Assembly: GCA_951406725.2 (NCBI GenBank)
Contig: OX597814.1
Location: 24,304,001-24,368,000 of the forward strand
DNA length: 64,000 bases
Direction of reading: 5' to 3'
DNA from: Octopus vulgaris
Taxonomy: Eukaryota
In this document: positions 53,436 through 64,000 of the stretch, piece after piece
Numbering within the stretch: the first letter of the stretch is position 1
How the letters are laid out: each line of letters opens with the position of its first letter
Made by a program: the position numbers and the translations under genes
The notes under the pieces: generated by a model
What the model saw: only the letters and a program-made list of their open reading frames with translations
Database searches by the model: none
Told to the model about the DNA's origin: nothing

Positions 53436-55010
53436 TTAAATTTTAAAATCAAATTGATATATATTGCATGTCTATTGACTGTTCAATAGTATCTACTTAT
53501 TTTACATTATATTTTACTCAAAGGGTACATCAACATTGCTGAATATAATAAAAAATTATCCTAGAATTAGAAATTTGAGAAACTCTGATCTATATCTGGT
53601 AACAATTCAGACCATGTATTTACTCCAAAAGTTCTTCCAAACCAAAATAATTGCCTCGTCTTTATGATACAAACTCTATGAAATACATTCATATATTGAT
53701 AACAGTATTTTAGTTTAGATATTGGTATATTTTTACTGGCTTGTATGTACATTGAGTGCCTGAGTTTTCTGAATTGTAGGTGTTGCATCGCTCTCTCACT
53801 ATAAATAAACCTATCAGACTCTATGTGAATAACAGCTGCGATTTGTAGAATCTTTGTGTGAATTCAAGGCTAAACATTTGTCTTATGTGATAAATGTATC
53901 AATATTTTATGTGATGATGTTTTTTAGTGTGATAAATATAACAGCAAGGATAGATGTACTGCAAAAATTTCATTATGTGTTGGGTTCTGATGTTTTAAAT
54001 TGTTTTTATCGATCTTTGTGTTAGCAACAGTATTCTGCTTTACATACGTCTTGTGATTCAGTCATATCATAGGCCTCTTTTAGAGTGAACATTATTTATA
54101 ACAAACATGAATATTCTGTTATATTTTTTTTAAAATACCTTAAGTAAACTTTAGCACTTTTCAGAGCACTGGTAATCAAAAATACTAACAGCATATTCCA
54201 GCATGGATTATATTTTGCATTGACTTTAGAGATCATTAAAGAATCACTAGATAAAATATAATGAATAAATACATAAATAAATTTCATGCATATGCACATT
54301 TTCACATTTCACTGTTTATCTCCAGGTAGGATATTTACTGAGTAAACCTTTAATCAAAACCAGTCTGGCCATAATCAAGGAATGTAATCTCAGGTTTTTG
54401 TAAAATCCTATGACTTTTAGAAGACCTAGTTCAATACCAAAATGAGTCTTGCTACTTTGAAAGGAACTCTAGGCATCCTTCCTAATAATTTCTCTCTCTC
54501 TCACACACACACTCACTCACTCACTCATTCTCTCTCTCTTTCTCTCTCCTTATATATATATATATATATATAAATGGATAGATAGATAGATACATACATA
54601 CAGACACACACACTCATGCACACACACATGTGTATGTATGCTTAAGAGGAAAAACAAAGAACATGTGATTCAGTGACTTAATTACTTATCTCTTCAGTAC
54701 TGATGTGATGATTAGATTTATATTCTAATAGGATACAGAAAATTCAATGCATACCATGGTTTGACAACAACCAACATAACTCCAGATAAGCCAGTGTACA
54801 GAATCCTAGTTGAAAATGCTGAGTAAGTGATTTAACTGTATTGAGTTGTGTGATATAGCCAACTGGCTTATGTAATAACAGCACTCAGCTTCCTAAAACA
54901 AGTGTACGTAACAGAAAGAATAAAATACGTTTTCTATGTTCATATATATATATATATGTGTGTGTGTGTGTATCGCCATGGTATCATAAATCCGAAAAAG
55001 AAGCACGGAG

Positions 55011-55525
55011 TAGGGATGGGTAAACTTTTTAGTACAATGGGCAAAAATTTAAAAAGAAAAAGGTCTATGGGCAGATCACAAGTTCTAACTCTTAAATCTG
55101 TGTAGATCTTCTATATATCTATATATAATAAGATAAGTTTAACATATAAAATTAATGTGTAACATCTTCATTGATGCCACCACTGAATATATGACATTTA
55201 TATTACTTATAAGGTTTCTATATTTTTCAGCTAGAGTATAGCTGGGTCTCAAGGGGGCGGTACAAATTTAGCAATATGTGTTTTATAGCGAAAACAAAAG
55301 TTTCATTCAAATGGCAATTACTGGACGATTTTCTGTTCGAGTCTAAACATTTTAAGTCATAGTGGAAACATGACCTATGGTCAAATAGGCATACGAATAT
55401 TTTATAAATTTTACTATTGAAAAATTTACTATATTTTGTACATACAAGTATGTCAGCTTGCGGGTGAAATAAAATGGGTTCACAGGCACAATTGCACCCA
55501 CAGGCAGGGCTTTCCCCCACCCCTT
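55011..55525. mobile_element. hAT-type MITE (duplicated at +895)
   Basis: Termini tagggatgggtaaac / gctttcccccacccct resemble CAGGGGTGGGCAAAC-type hAT TIRs. Confidence 0.55.
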
Positions 55526-55549
55526 CTCTAAAGCATAGAGCAGTAATGT

Positions 55550-55836
55550 ATTAAAAATAATTAAGTTAATGTTTTGTCATAGTGTGACCAATGGTTTCAC
55601 ATCCACAGGGACCTTAGCCTCATGGACGTCTCATCAGATTCTAAAACCAAAGACAAATATAATTCTTCACCTCTGGGAGGCAGACCAAATATCTGTAATG
55701 GATTCCTGCCTCCCAAAGGTGAAAAATTACATTTGTCTTGGCTTTATAGTCTGATGAGATGTCTGCAAAGCTAAGGCTTGTGTGGATGCAAAACCACTGG
55801 TCACTCTATGGCCGGGCACTAACTTAACTATTTTTA

Positions 55837-55838
<2 letters not shown>
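55550..55838. mobile_element. Foldback element with two outward-facing hammerheads (duplicated at 56445-56733)
   Basis: Arms of about 133 bp around a ~22-nt loop. HHR on - at 55580-55643 and on + at 55745-55808. Confidence 0.75.
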
Positions 55839-55868
<30 letters not shown>

Positions 55869-56731
55869 CACCATGGTATCATAAATCCGAAAAAGAAGCA
55901 CGGAGTAGGGATGGGTAAACTTTTTAGTACAATGGGCAAAAATTTAAAAAGAAAAAGGTCTATGGGCAGATCACAAGTTCTAACTCTTAAATCTGTGTAG
56001 ATCTTCTATATATCTATATATAATAAGATAAGTTTAACATATAAAATTAATGTGTAACATCTTCATTGATGCCACCACTGAATATATGACATTTATATTA
56101 CTTATAAGGTTTCTATATTTTTCAGCTAGAGTATAGCTGGGTCTCAAGGGGGCGGTACAAATTTAGCAATATGTGTTTTATAGCGAAAACAAAAGTTTCA
56201 TTCAAATGGCAATTACTGGACGATTTTCTGTTCGAGTCTAAACATTTTAAGTCATAGTGGAAACATGACCTATGGTCAAATAGGCATACGAATATTTTAT
56301 AAATTTTACTATTGAAAAATTTACTATATTTTGTACATACAAGTATGTCAGCTTGCGGGTGAAATAAAATGGGTTCACAGGCACAATTGCACCCACAGGC
56401 AGGGCTTTCCCCCACCCCTTCTCTAAAGCATAGAGCAGTAATGTATTAAAAATAATTAAGTTAATGTTTTGTCATAGTGTGACCAATGGTTTCACATCCA
56501 CAGGGACCTTAGCCTCATGGACGTCTCATCAGATTCTAAAACCAAAGACAAATATAATTCTTCACCTCTGGGAGGCAGACCAAATATCTGTAATGGATTC
56601 CTGCCTCCCAAAGGTGAAAAATTACATTTGTCTTGGCTTTATAGTCTGATGAGATGTCTGCAAAGCTAAGGCTTGTGTGGATGCAAAACCACTGGTCACT
56701 CTATGGCCGGACACTAACTTAACTATTTTTA

Positions 56732-56781
<50 letters not shown>

Positions 56782-57775
56782 AAAGTAAACTCACAAGATT
56801 TTAAATAACAATGTAGCATAGAAAAATATATTGGACAAGAGTTCCCAACATTAATAAATAATGCTACAGTAAATGCTTGACAGCCAACTGCTTGTACACT
56901 ATGTCTACCAACAGTTGACAAAACAACCAAAAATGAACATAAAAATTCTATGTACTTTTGTGCTTGCATTAATATATTCTAAATATTATTTCAGTTCAAT
57001 TTGAATTTAACCTACTTTAAGTTACCTTGATAACATTGTGTTAGCATAAATTTTCGGATATTGGTTTGGCTGTGATTTTGTTCCTTTTTTTTCTATATCT
57101 AAATATAGGACACAATAGAAACGATTGCTGGTAATGCATGGTGTAACCATCAATTAGATATGTGATTTTCTTCATTCTCCTTCATGTTTTACTCACTGAA
57201 TTTCTTGAAATTCTTGTTAGAGATATTGGGATTTGCTTATCACAAACGAGGAATTGCATTGGATGTTGGTTTTATTTCAATTTATTGGTGTGTGATTGCT
57301 TGATATAGTTAACAAAGTTTGCTTAATACTGAGCGCTTTCCAGATATCTGCCCGGATTTATTGATCCGTTTTACCCCTTGTTATATATAAACAACTCTTT
57401 AATTCTTTAACTAGTTTCGAGTCAAGAGCTGTGGCCAGGCTGGGGCACTGGTGTGTGTACGTTTGCATTTATGTAAATGTATTAATGCATTTACTAATGT
57501 ATGACGTATGTATGTGTGTGTATATATACATATACGCACACACACACATATATATATATATACATATATACATACATACAACACACACACACACATATAT
57601 ATATGCTGGTGGTAAAAGCACCCACTACACTCTTGGAGTGGTTGATGTTAGGAAGAGCATCAAGCTATAGAAACTCTGCCAGATCAGATTGGAGCCTGGT
57701 GCAGCCATCGGGTTCACCAGTTCTCAATCAAATCGTCCGACCCATGCTAGCATGGAAAGCGGATGCTAAACAATG

Positions 57776-57821
<46 letters not shown>

Positions 57822-57827
<6 letters not shown>

Positions 57828-58212
57828 GTCATTACATAAAGTAAAAGTCGGAGGAGTACAGGATAAAACTACCTTAATCAACTTGCTATAAAAGCAGGTA
57901 GTAATTTTACCGTATCCTTATTCTTAGTGCAAATTTTGAAGCTTGCAGTTCAATTTTAAGTTATTTTTTTCAAAGCTATAATGGAAGTAACAAAGGAGCA
58001 TATTCAACATATTTTGCTTTATGAGTCCAATAAAGGCTACAATGCAATATAAAATGCAAGATCTGTAGAACTCAATGAGGACGTCCTGCAAACCCTGGCG
58101 GAACAAAATCCCATTGTAACTGTTGAGGAACTAGCAGAGAAGCTTCTGTGTGCCATCAGAAAAGTCAACAAATTAGGTCAAAGGATTCCTCACAAACTTT
58201 CTGAGACTAATT
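57822..58212 (+). pseudogene. Mariner transposase 5' fragment
   Basis: MEVTKEHIQHILLYESNKGYNA (mariner N-terminal HTH), DVLQTLAEQNPIVTVEELAEKL and a decayed WVPHEL-like motif (IPHKLSE). Starts after (TA)n with a TIR-like ttgggtc. Confidence 0.8.
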
Positions 58213-60581
58213 GAGCAATATAGGAAAATACACACATGTATTCATATATCTAAATATATACATACGTTATTATGAACAGGAGGGTGTAATTTCTAACAAG
58301 TTAAGCAACACTGTTAGGGCTTCCTCATTTAAATCATATGCATATTTTTTTTTTAGAAAGTTTCAGCTCAGTGCTGCGGCCATGCTGATGCACCGCCGGA
58401 TATGTATATATTCAACTAAGATGAATACATTATATATCATTACAAAGAAAGCTTGTATTATACACTATCAATTTAAAGAAATTTCTGTAAGTAAATGGAA
58501 TTCTTCAAAACATGTCTTATCCAATGACAACCAAATGGATTACTTTGCAATTACTTTGTAATAGTAGAGAAAAAGGGTTTTTTATTTAACCAATTTGCCA
58601 TCTTATTTTTCATCATTTATACAATAATGTTTATTATTTTCTTTCCCTTAATCCCCCTGTTTCAGCTGCTTCAACTATGGACCATGTCTAATCTATGTAC
58701 ATACCTACTTTCCTTTATACAACTCTCTCTCTCTTACTTTGGCTTTGTCACTATCACTGTCAATATCTTCATTGTCTTCACATATTTCTAACATTTCTTT
58801 ATGCTGTTCTTGTCCAAGATTCTCATGATTTTCATTTTTGAAATTCTCACTTAGATTCCATCAGCCAAAGATTCTTTTCTCAAGGTGTTGCATGAATAAT
58901 AAAACATTAATCGAAGATGCTTTCGCACAGCAAGACAATAACAAAATTTAAGCTGAAAGCTACTGAAAAAGCTGGTGATAGCTTTCCATTGTGTTACTTT
59001 CTACTTCAAGATTCCTGAAAACACTTGTTCATTTTCCACTTTTCTTTTCATTTCCATCAAATCTTAGCAACATTTGTTGGGTTGTTATTTCAATTACTTT
59101 TTCACTATTTTACATTGTCATTCTTATTACTTATTCTTTTGTTATTTTATTACAGGTATTATGTTTTATCTTTTACCTCTTTGCTTACTATATGTCCTCC
59201 CCCACACTTTTTTTTTCTCTTTTTATTAAGGGTTTTTCTCTATTTTGTCTTTATTTATTTTATTCATTCAAGTATGTTAAATCGTTTTGACAATTCTGAA
59301 GATGCTAGATAATCAAACAAGCTAGAATGATGTAGCTAATTCTCCATGAGCTATGAAGTAGAAGTAGAAAGGGAATAAGCATTAGCAAGATGAATCAACT
59401 TGTCAGGTCTAAGCAATTTGCTAAGTGCAGTTTCTTGATACTATCATGCATGCAGTTTCATTTTGCCATCTTCATTATATATTCTTCATATTTGCCAAAC
59501 AAAGCTCTTCAAATCATAATTATCCCCAAATAATAATTGCTGTTTGTTTACTAATTGAAAGATCTGTAGAAATTTCAAGTTTTTTACATGTACATTTAAA
59601 TATTCATTATTTCTTTTTCTTTCTTTCTAACAAATTATATACATATGCAGACACACACACACATACATACACACATGTGCACATATGGTGGGCTTCTGCA
59701 CAAGCCCCGTGCATCAAATTTCCCTCACAAGGTGTTAATCAACAGGAGTCTATAGTAGTCCTGTAAAATATGAAGTAAGTCAATTAATTGATGACCGTAA
59801 AATATAGAGGTTATCTGCGAGTAAATAATGAGAAAATAATCACCAGAAAGCATTGATTCATGTTGAGAAAAGAACAAAACATACCAAAGGGTTAATTTGT
59901 TAGAAAATAAAGGAAAAGGGAAACAGAAGCCATTTAAATTTAAATATAAAAGTTTGGAACTTTCCCAATTTCTTTTAATTAGTAAATGAGCAGCAATTAT
60001 TATTTCAAGATAAACATCAGTGCTGAAACGGAAAAACTGGTGTTTCTCTTGTAAAGTCCTTTGCTATGGTTTTCACTAAAGTATAGACACTCTCTTGTCA
60101 TTATCACCATCAGAACTGCAGTAAATTAATAACTGATCTGTCAGAAACTTGTTACCGACAATAATGTAGTTCACAAATTGGGATATAAAATTATCAGTAG
60201 CCATATACAACTATCGCAACACTATTGAAGGACCTAAAGTAGAATTCTACAGTTAAATTTACAACTACTACTGCTGCTGCTTTTGTTGCCACCTATGCCT
60301 CTAATATATCGGAATATTTCGCAATATATTATATAACGTGAAGTGGTGAGCAGACATAATTGCTAGAACAGCAGTCAAAATTTTTAGGGGCCTTTCATTC
60401 ATCTTTACGTTTTCATATTCCCCTAACAGATTCACACACTTATTACATTTGTCCTTCAGTTTTTCTAAGCCCTGTAAAAAGACTAAGAAGATTTGGCATC
60501 CAGCCAGGAACTTTTCAGCACCCCCTCATACACACACGCACACACATACACACACACATGCACACACGCACACACATGCAC

Positions 60582-60613
<32 letters not shown>

Positions 60614-60614
<1 letters not shown>

Positions 60615-61320
60615 TCATCATCGTCGTCGTCGTCATCATTTAGCGTTTGTTGTCAGTGCTGGCATGAGTTGGACTTTTTGATTGGGCTGGCGCACTGGAA
60701 GTCTGCACCTGACTTAGGTCCAATTTGGCATGGTTTTCTATGGCTGGATACCCTTTCTAACACCAACCACTCTGAGAGTGTAATGGGTGCTTTTACGTGC
60801 CACCAGCACGAGTGTCATTTGCAAGACACCAGGGTGCATTTACATACCACTGGCATGGGTGTCAATTTGTGTGACACTGGTATCTTCCATAACTGTAATT
60901 TTGCTCAACTTGATGGGTCTTCTTCTCAAGCACGACATAATGCCAAAGGTCTTGGTCATTGCTTCCATGAGGCCCAACACTCGAAAGAAACTTAGCTACT
61001 TCACCTCCATGAGGCCCTATGCTTGAAAGGAACTCAGTCATTTTGTTTCTGTCAGGCCCAATGCTCAAGTGGAAGTCAACCACTTTGCCCCTCCATGAAG
61101 TCCAATGCTCAAAAGGAACTAATCACTTTGCCTCTGTGAGGTCCAACGTTCAAAACATGTTCTTTACGTGCCACCAGCACGGGTGCACTTGGCTTGTCAG
61201 GTCCTTTCAAACACAGCACATTGCCAAAGGTCTTGGTTACTAGTCATTGCCTCTGTGAGGCTCAAATTTCGAAGATAATGCTTCACCACGTCATCCCTTG
61301 TCTTTACTTCACATTGTTCA
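60614..61320 (-). mobile_element. RTE LINE 3' fragment with internal tandem amplification
   Basis: Reverse match to the RTE C-terminus (DDVVKHYLRNLSLTEAMT..DLWQCAV) and 3'UTR. Confidence 0.75.
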
Positions 61321-61887
61321 CATAGCTGAATCTTCCTGAAAACTACGCTAAGGGTACTTGTGTCATTGGCCTGCTCAACCTCTTGCACATAAATTTCACA
61401 AGCAGGCTGTTCTGTAGATCAGTTCAACTGGAACTCTCATTGTCACAACTGATGGAGTGCTAGTTTAGAATGCTCTCTCTAAACTCATGCTGTGACATTC
61501 ACCATAAATTCTGGGCCAGAATTATTACTTAGTTTAATCTATTTACTGACATAGATGATTTCTTTTCGAATAACATTGGTGTATTTTGTTGAGTTTGTGA
61601 CCTATTGTATATGTGCTTGCCATTGACTTTCCTGAGGGTTGGCAAACCCTTAGAGCACATACCTTATTTAGCTGTGGCTCGTTATATTCTGAGACCAAAT
61701 TCCACCAAGATCATCTCTGTCTTTTGCTCTTCTGGAGTTGATAAAATAGGGAACCACTTAAATGCTGCGATTGGCTTAATTGATTATATAATTCTATCAA
61801 ATGTGGTCTTGTACCTGTGTTAGAAATCCTTATTATCAGGGTGGTTGTAAATTTAACCCTCTGAAATAGTATAAATGTATTTTAGTA

Positions 61888-62326
61888 CTAGCAGTATAGC
61901 CTGGCGTTGCTTAGGTTTGCTTTTTAGTTGCGCTTAAAATGGCAGACTTTGATGTTGCATTAACAAAGTTTTGACATAGTTTCAATCTTTTTTGAAAAGT
62001 AAAATTTTTTCATTATGTAGCTTAGTCTCTTTAAGTGAACATTTTTCTGGTTGAAATACACTGAGAAATGGCAACACAGCTGTCAAAAAGTCTAAAAAAT
62101 AGGGATTTCATGGAAAGAAAAGCACCTTTTGATGTAAATAATTTTTGATCTTAACATGGTCTGATTTGAATTATTCTTCTACAGAATGAAGAGCAAGCCT
62201 TCTTCTATCATATTCTCAATTTTGGTCAACTTGCGCCACAGGGCCTCGGAAGAGATAGTGTTAGTTGAAGGCTACCAAACCTGCCATTCACACACACACA
62301 AACAACTTCAGCTTTATATGTATAGA
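61888..62326 (-). mobile_element. Non-autonomous Helitron
   Basis: A|TC(TATACATATAAAGCTGAAGTTG) start and CCTAAGCAACGCCAGG..CTAG|T end, homologous to the termini of 9718-10117. Confidence 0.8.
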
Positions 62327-62575
62327 TTACTGTAAAAGTATTTTGTGAGAAAAACTACAAGTTAAATGGTAACTATGAGATTAGAAGTCAAAGGTCATGA
62401 TGTCAAGCCATAGGAAATTCTTTTAAATATTATGTATGTGAAGATACTTACCTTAACTTTTCTATACTAGCATGAGTTAATATATATGATGATATTTTTG
62501 AAAATAAAAATATTTTACAAATTTGAAACTATCTTTAATCCATGTAAAACTTTTTAAAAATAATTATATTCATAG

Positions 62576-62875
62576 ACACAGGAGTGGTTGTGTGGTAAGT
62601 AGCTTGCTTACCAACCACATGCTTCTGGGTTCAGTCCTACTACATGGCAACTATGTTTGTGTGTCGGCATTTGTCCCCCCCCCCCATCATCGCTTGACAA
62701 CTGATGCTGGTGTGTTTATGTCTCCGTAACTTAGTGCCTCGGCAAAAGAGACCGATAGAATAAGTACTAGGCTTACAGAGAGTAAGTTCTGGAGTCAATT
62801 TGTTCGACTAAAGGTGGTGCTACAGCATGGCTACAGTCAAATTACTGAAACTAATAAAAGAGTAAAAGAGTAAAA
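62576..62875 (+). mobile_element. Major-family SINE with internal deletion
   Basis: Head and tail match the 3765 family; the middle is missing. Confidence 0.85.
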
Positions 62876-64000
62876 ATTCTCTTTAACACATTTTACTTAT
62901 AAGGCACTGAAAGTAATCTGCTTTCACTCTTCATCTTAATGCTCAACACCCATTACACATTTTATGCATGTATCATAATTTACCATTTTTACAGAAAGAA
63001 TTCTTAAATGCTAATCTTAATTCATATGTATAAAAAGGTAATAAGAGAATTCTTGCAAGAATATCCCTGAGCCAAATCTTAGGAAATTTACTTTCTCTTT
63101 AACTTAATCTACTTGATGTACCCTCATAGCTACTCTGTTTTTTCAATAATATATTTGCCATTTGTAATATCAGAAGAACTGATTAAACTTTTTGTATTCT
63201 TCATTGTTTAGAGCACAATCTTTCATTGGTAGCATTGGCTCTTCAGAATTTCACTTCACCAAAAGAGTTTACCAGTATAAATAAATTTATAAAAACATTG
63301 CATCATTTCTGACCATTTTCATCGATATAATTATCATCTTCATTTTAATTGATACAGTCATCATTGCAACATTTGCGTTTCTCCATATGAATATCCCTTT
63401 ACCATTATCTGTTCTCATATCATGTCAATTGACATTGACACACTATTGTTCTTTTAAGTTCTACAGTTACTGCTTCTATAATGGGAACACTAACCATTCA
63501 CAAGAAGTTAATTTCTATTACAAGTAAAATGAAACTGTCACTACTGATATGACCATTGACAGGATAATGACAAAAATTGCTAACATTGAAAAGCTAATGC
63601 TGATAGCAAATTTCTTATTGCTTTATGTGGGTTCTGAATGCAACACTGTGATTACAACATGGACCATTGTAGGTGTTCTGAAATGCTGGAACAAATTAAA
63701 GCTAATATCATTTCTTAGGTACAAAATAAATATCTGATTATCTTGTTAATAAACTAATGAAACTTAATATATAAGTAAATAAATTAGATTTTACATTCTG
63801 TTTCGAAAGAGAAATTGTACAGAATTACCTAACAAACAGCACATTAAGATACAGGAATATATTTATGGAACCTAACTGGGAAATTATGTAATTAACTTTT
63901 TATTTACTCATGAGTTCACTATCTGTCTTCATAGTTTATTACAGAAATTATATCTTGAAAGTGTCTAGTCATAAAATTTGTAGTAATTTGTCATTATTTT

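Larger units (their letters stand above)
54958..56747. repeat. 895-bp near-identical tandem duplication bounded by (TG)n
   Basis: The ORF track repeats at an 895 offset (55227/56122, 55569/56464). I see only two substitutions between the units. Confidence 0.95.

Noticed and set aside
59290-59330. CTGAAGA...AAACAAGCTA after a T-rich tract
   Set aside because: GAAA is incomplete and the stems are too weak to call.
60360-60995. 211-aa ORF
   Set aside because: A chimera of unique sequence, microsatellite and antisense RTE 3'UTR.
60940-61150. Regularly spaced short repeats superficially like a CRISPR array
   Set aside because: Eukaryotic context, no unique spacers, no cas genes, and the units derive from an RTE LINE.
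63517-63620. Minus-strand hydrophobic stretch KKFAISISFSMLAIFVIILSMVISVVTVSFYL resembling a transmembrane helix
   Set aside because: It is bounded by in-frame stops with no convincing splice acceptor. T-rich DNA gives such peptides by chance.

Overview
AT-rich eukaryotic genomic DNA dominated by repeats. The SINE, LINE and microsatellite repertoire looks like a coleoid cephalopod, most likely Octopus (inferred from recognising the repeats, not proven). I found no host protein-coding exon I can defend; almost all ORFs in the supplied track are microsatellite or SINE artefacts. The window is a mosaic of tRNA-derived SINEs (three or four families), decayed RTE, CR1-like and R4/Dong-like LINE fragments, Tc1 and mariner transposase pseudogenes, Tc1-, piggyBac- and hAT-type MITEs, four co-oriented non-autonomous Helitrons (one carrying a LINE-ORF1-like fragment) and an 895-bp near-perfect tandem duplication. 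The most interesting signal is RNA-structural: about 15 hammerhead-ribozyme (HHR) motifs, probably from Penelope-like elements, in three architectures. (1) Three minus-strand motifs (565-628, 37271-37332, 50811-50868) have their core strands in the non-circularly permuted, pseudoknotted order UH > GAAA > CUGANGA, with stems that differ in sequence but keep their pairing; the 37.3-kb copy has an intact core. (2) Four co-oriented type-I HHRs cluster at 40.6-42.8 kb. (3) Several palindromic foldback elements carry outward-facing HHRs on both strands (20.1, 47.4, 47.8, 55.7 and 56.6 kb). All pairings were derived by eye and no folding or database search was run. Most repeat boundaries are approximate.
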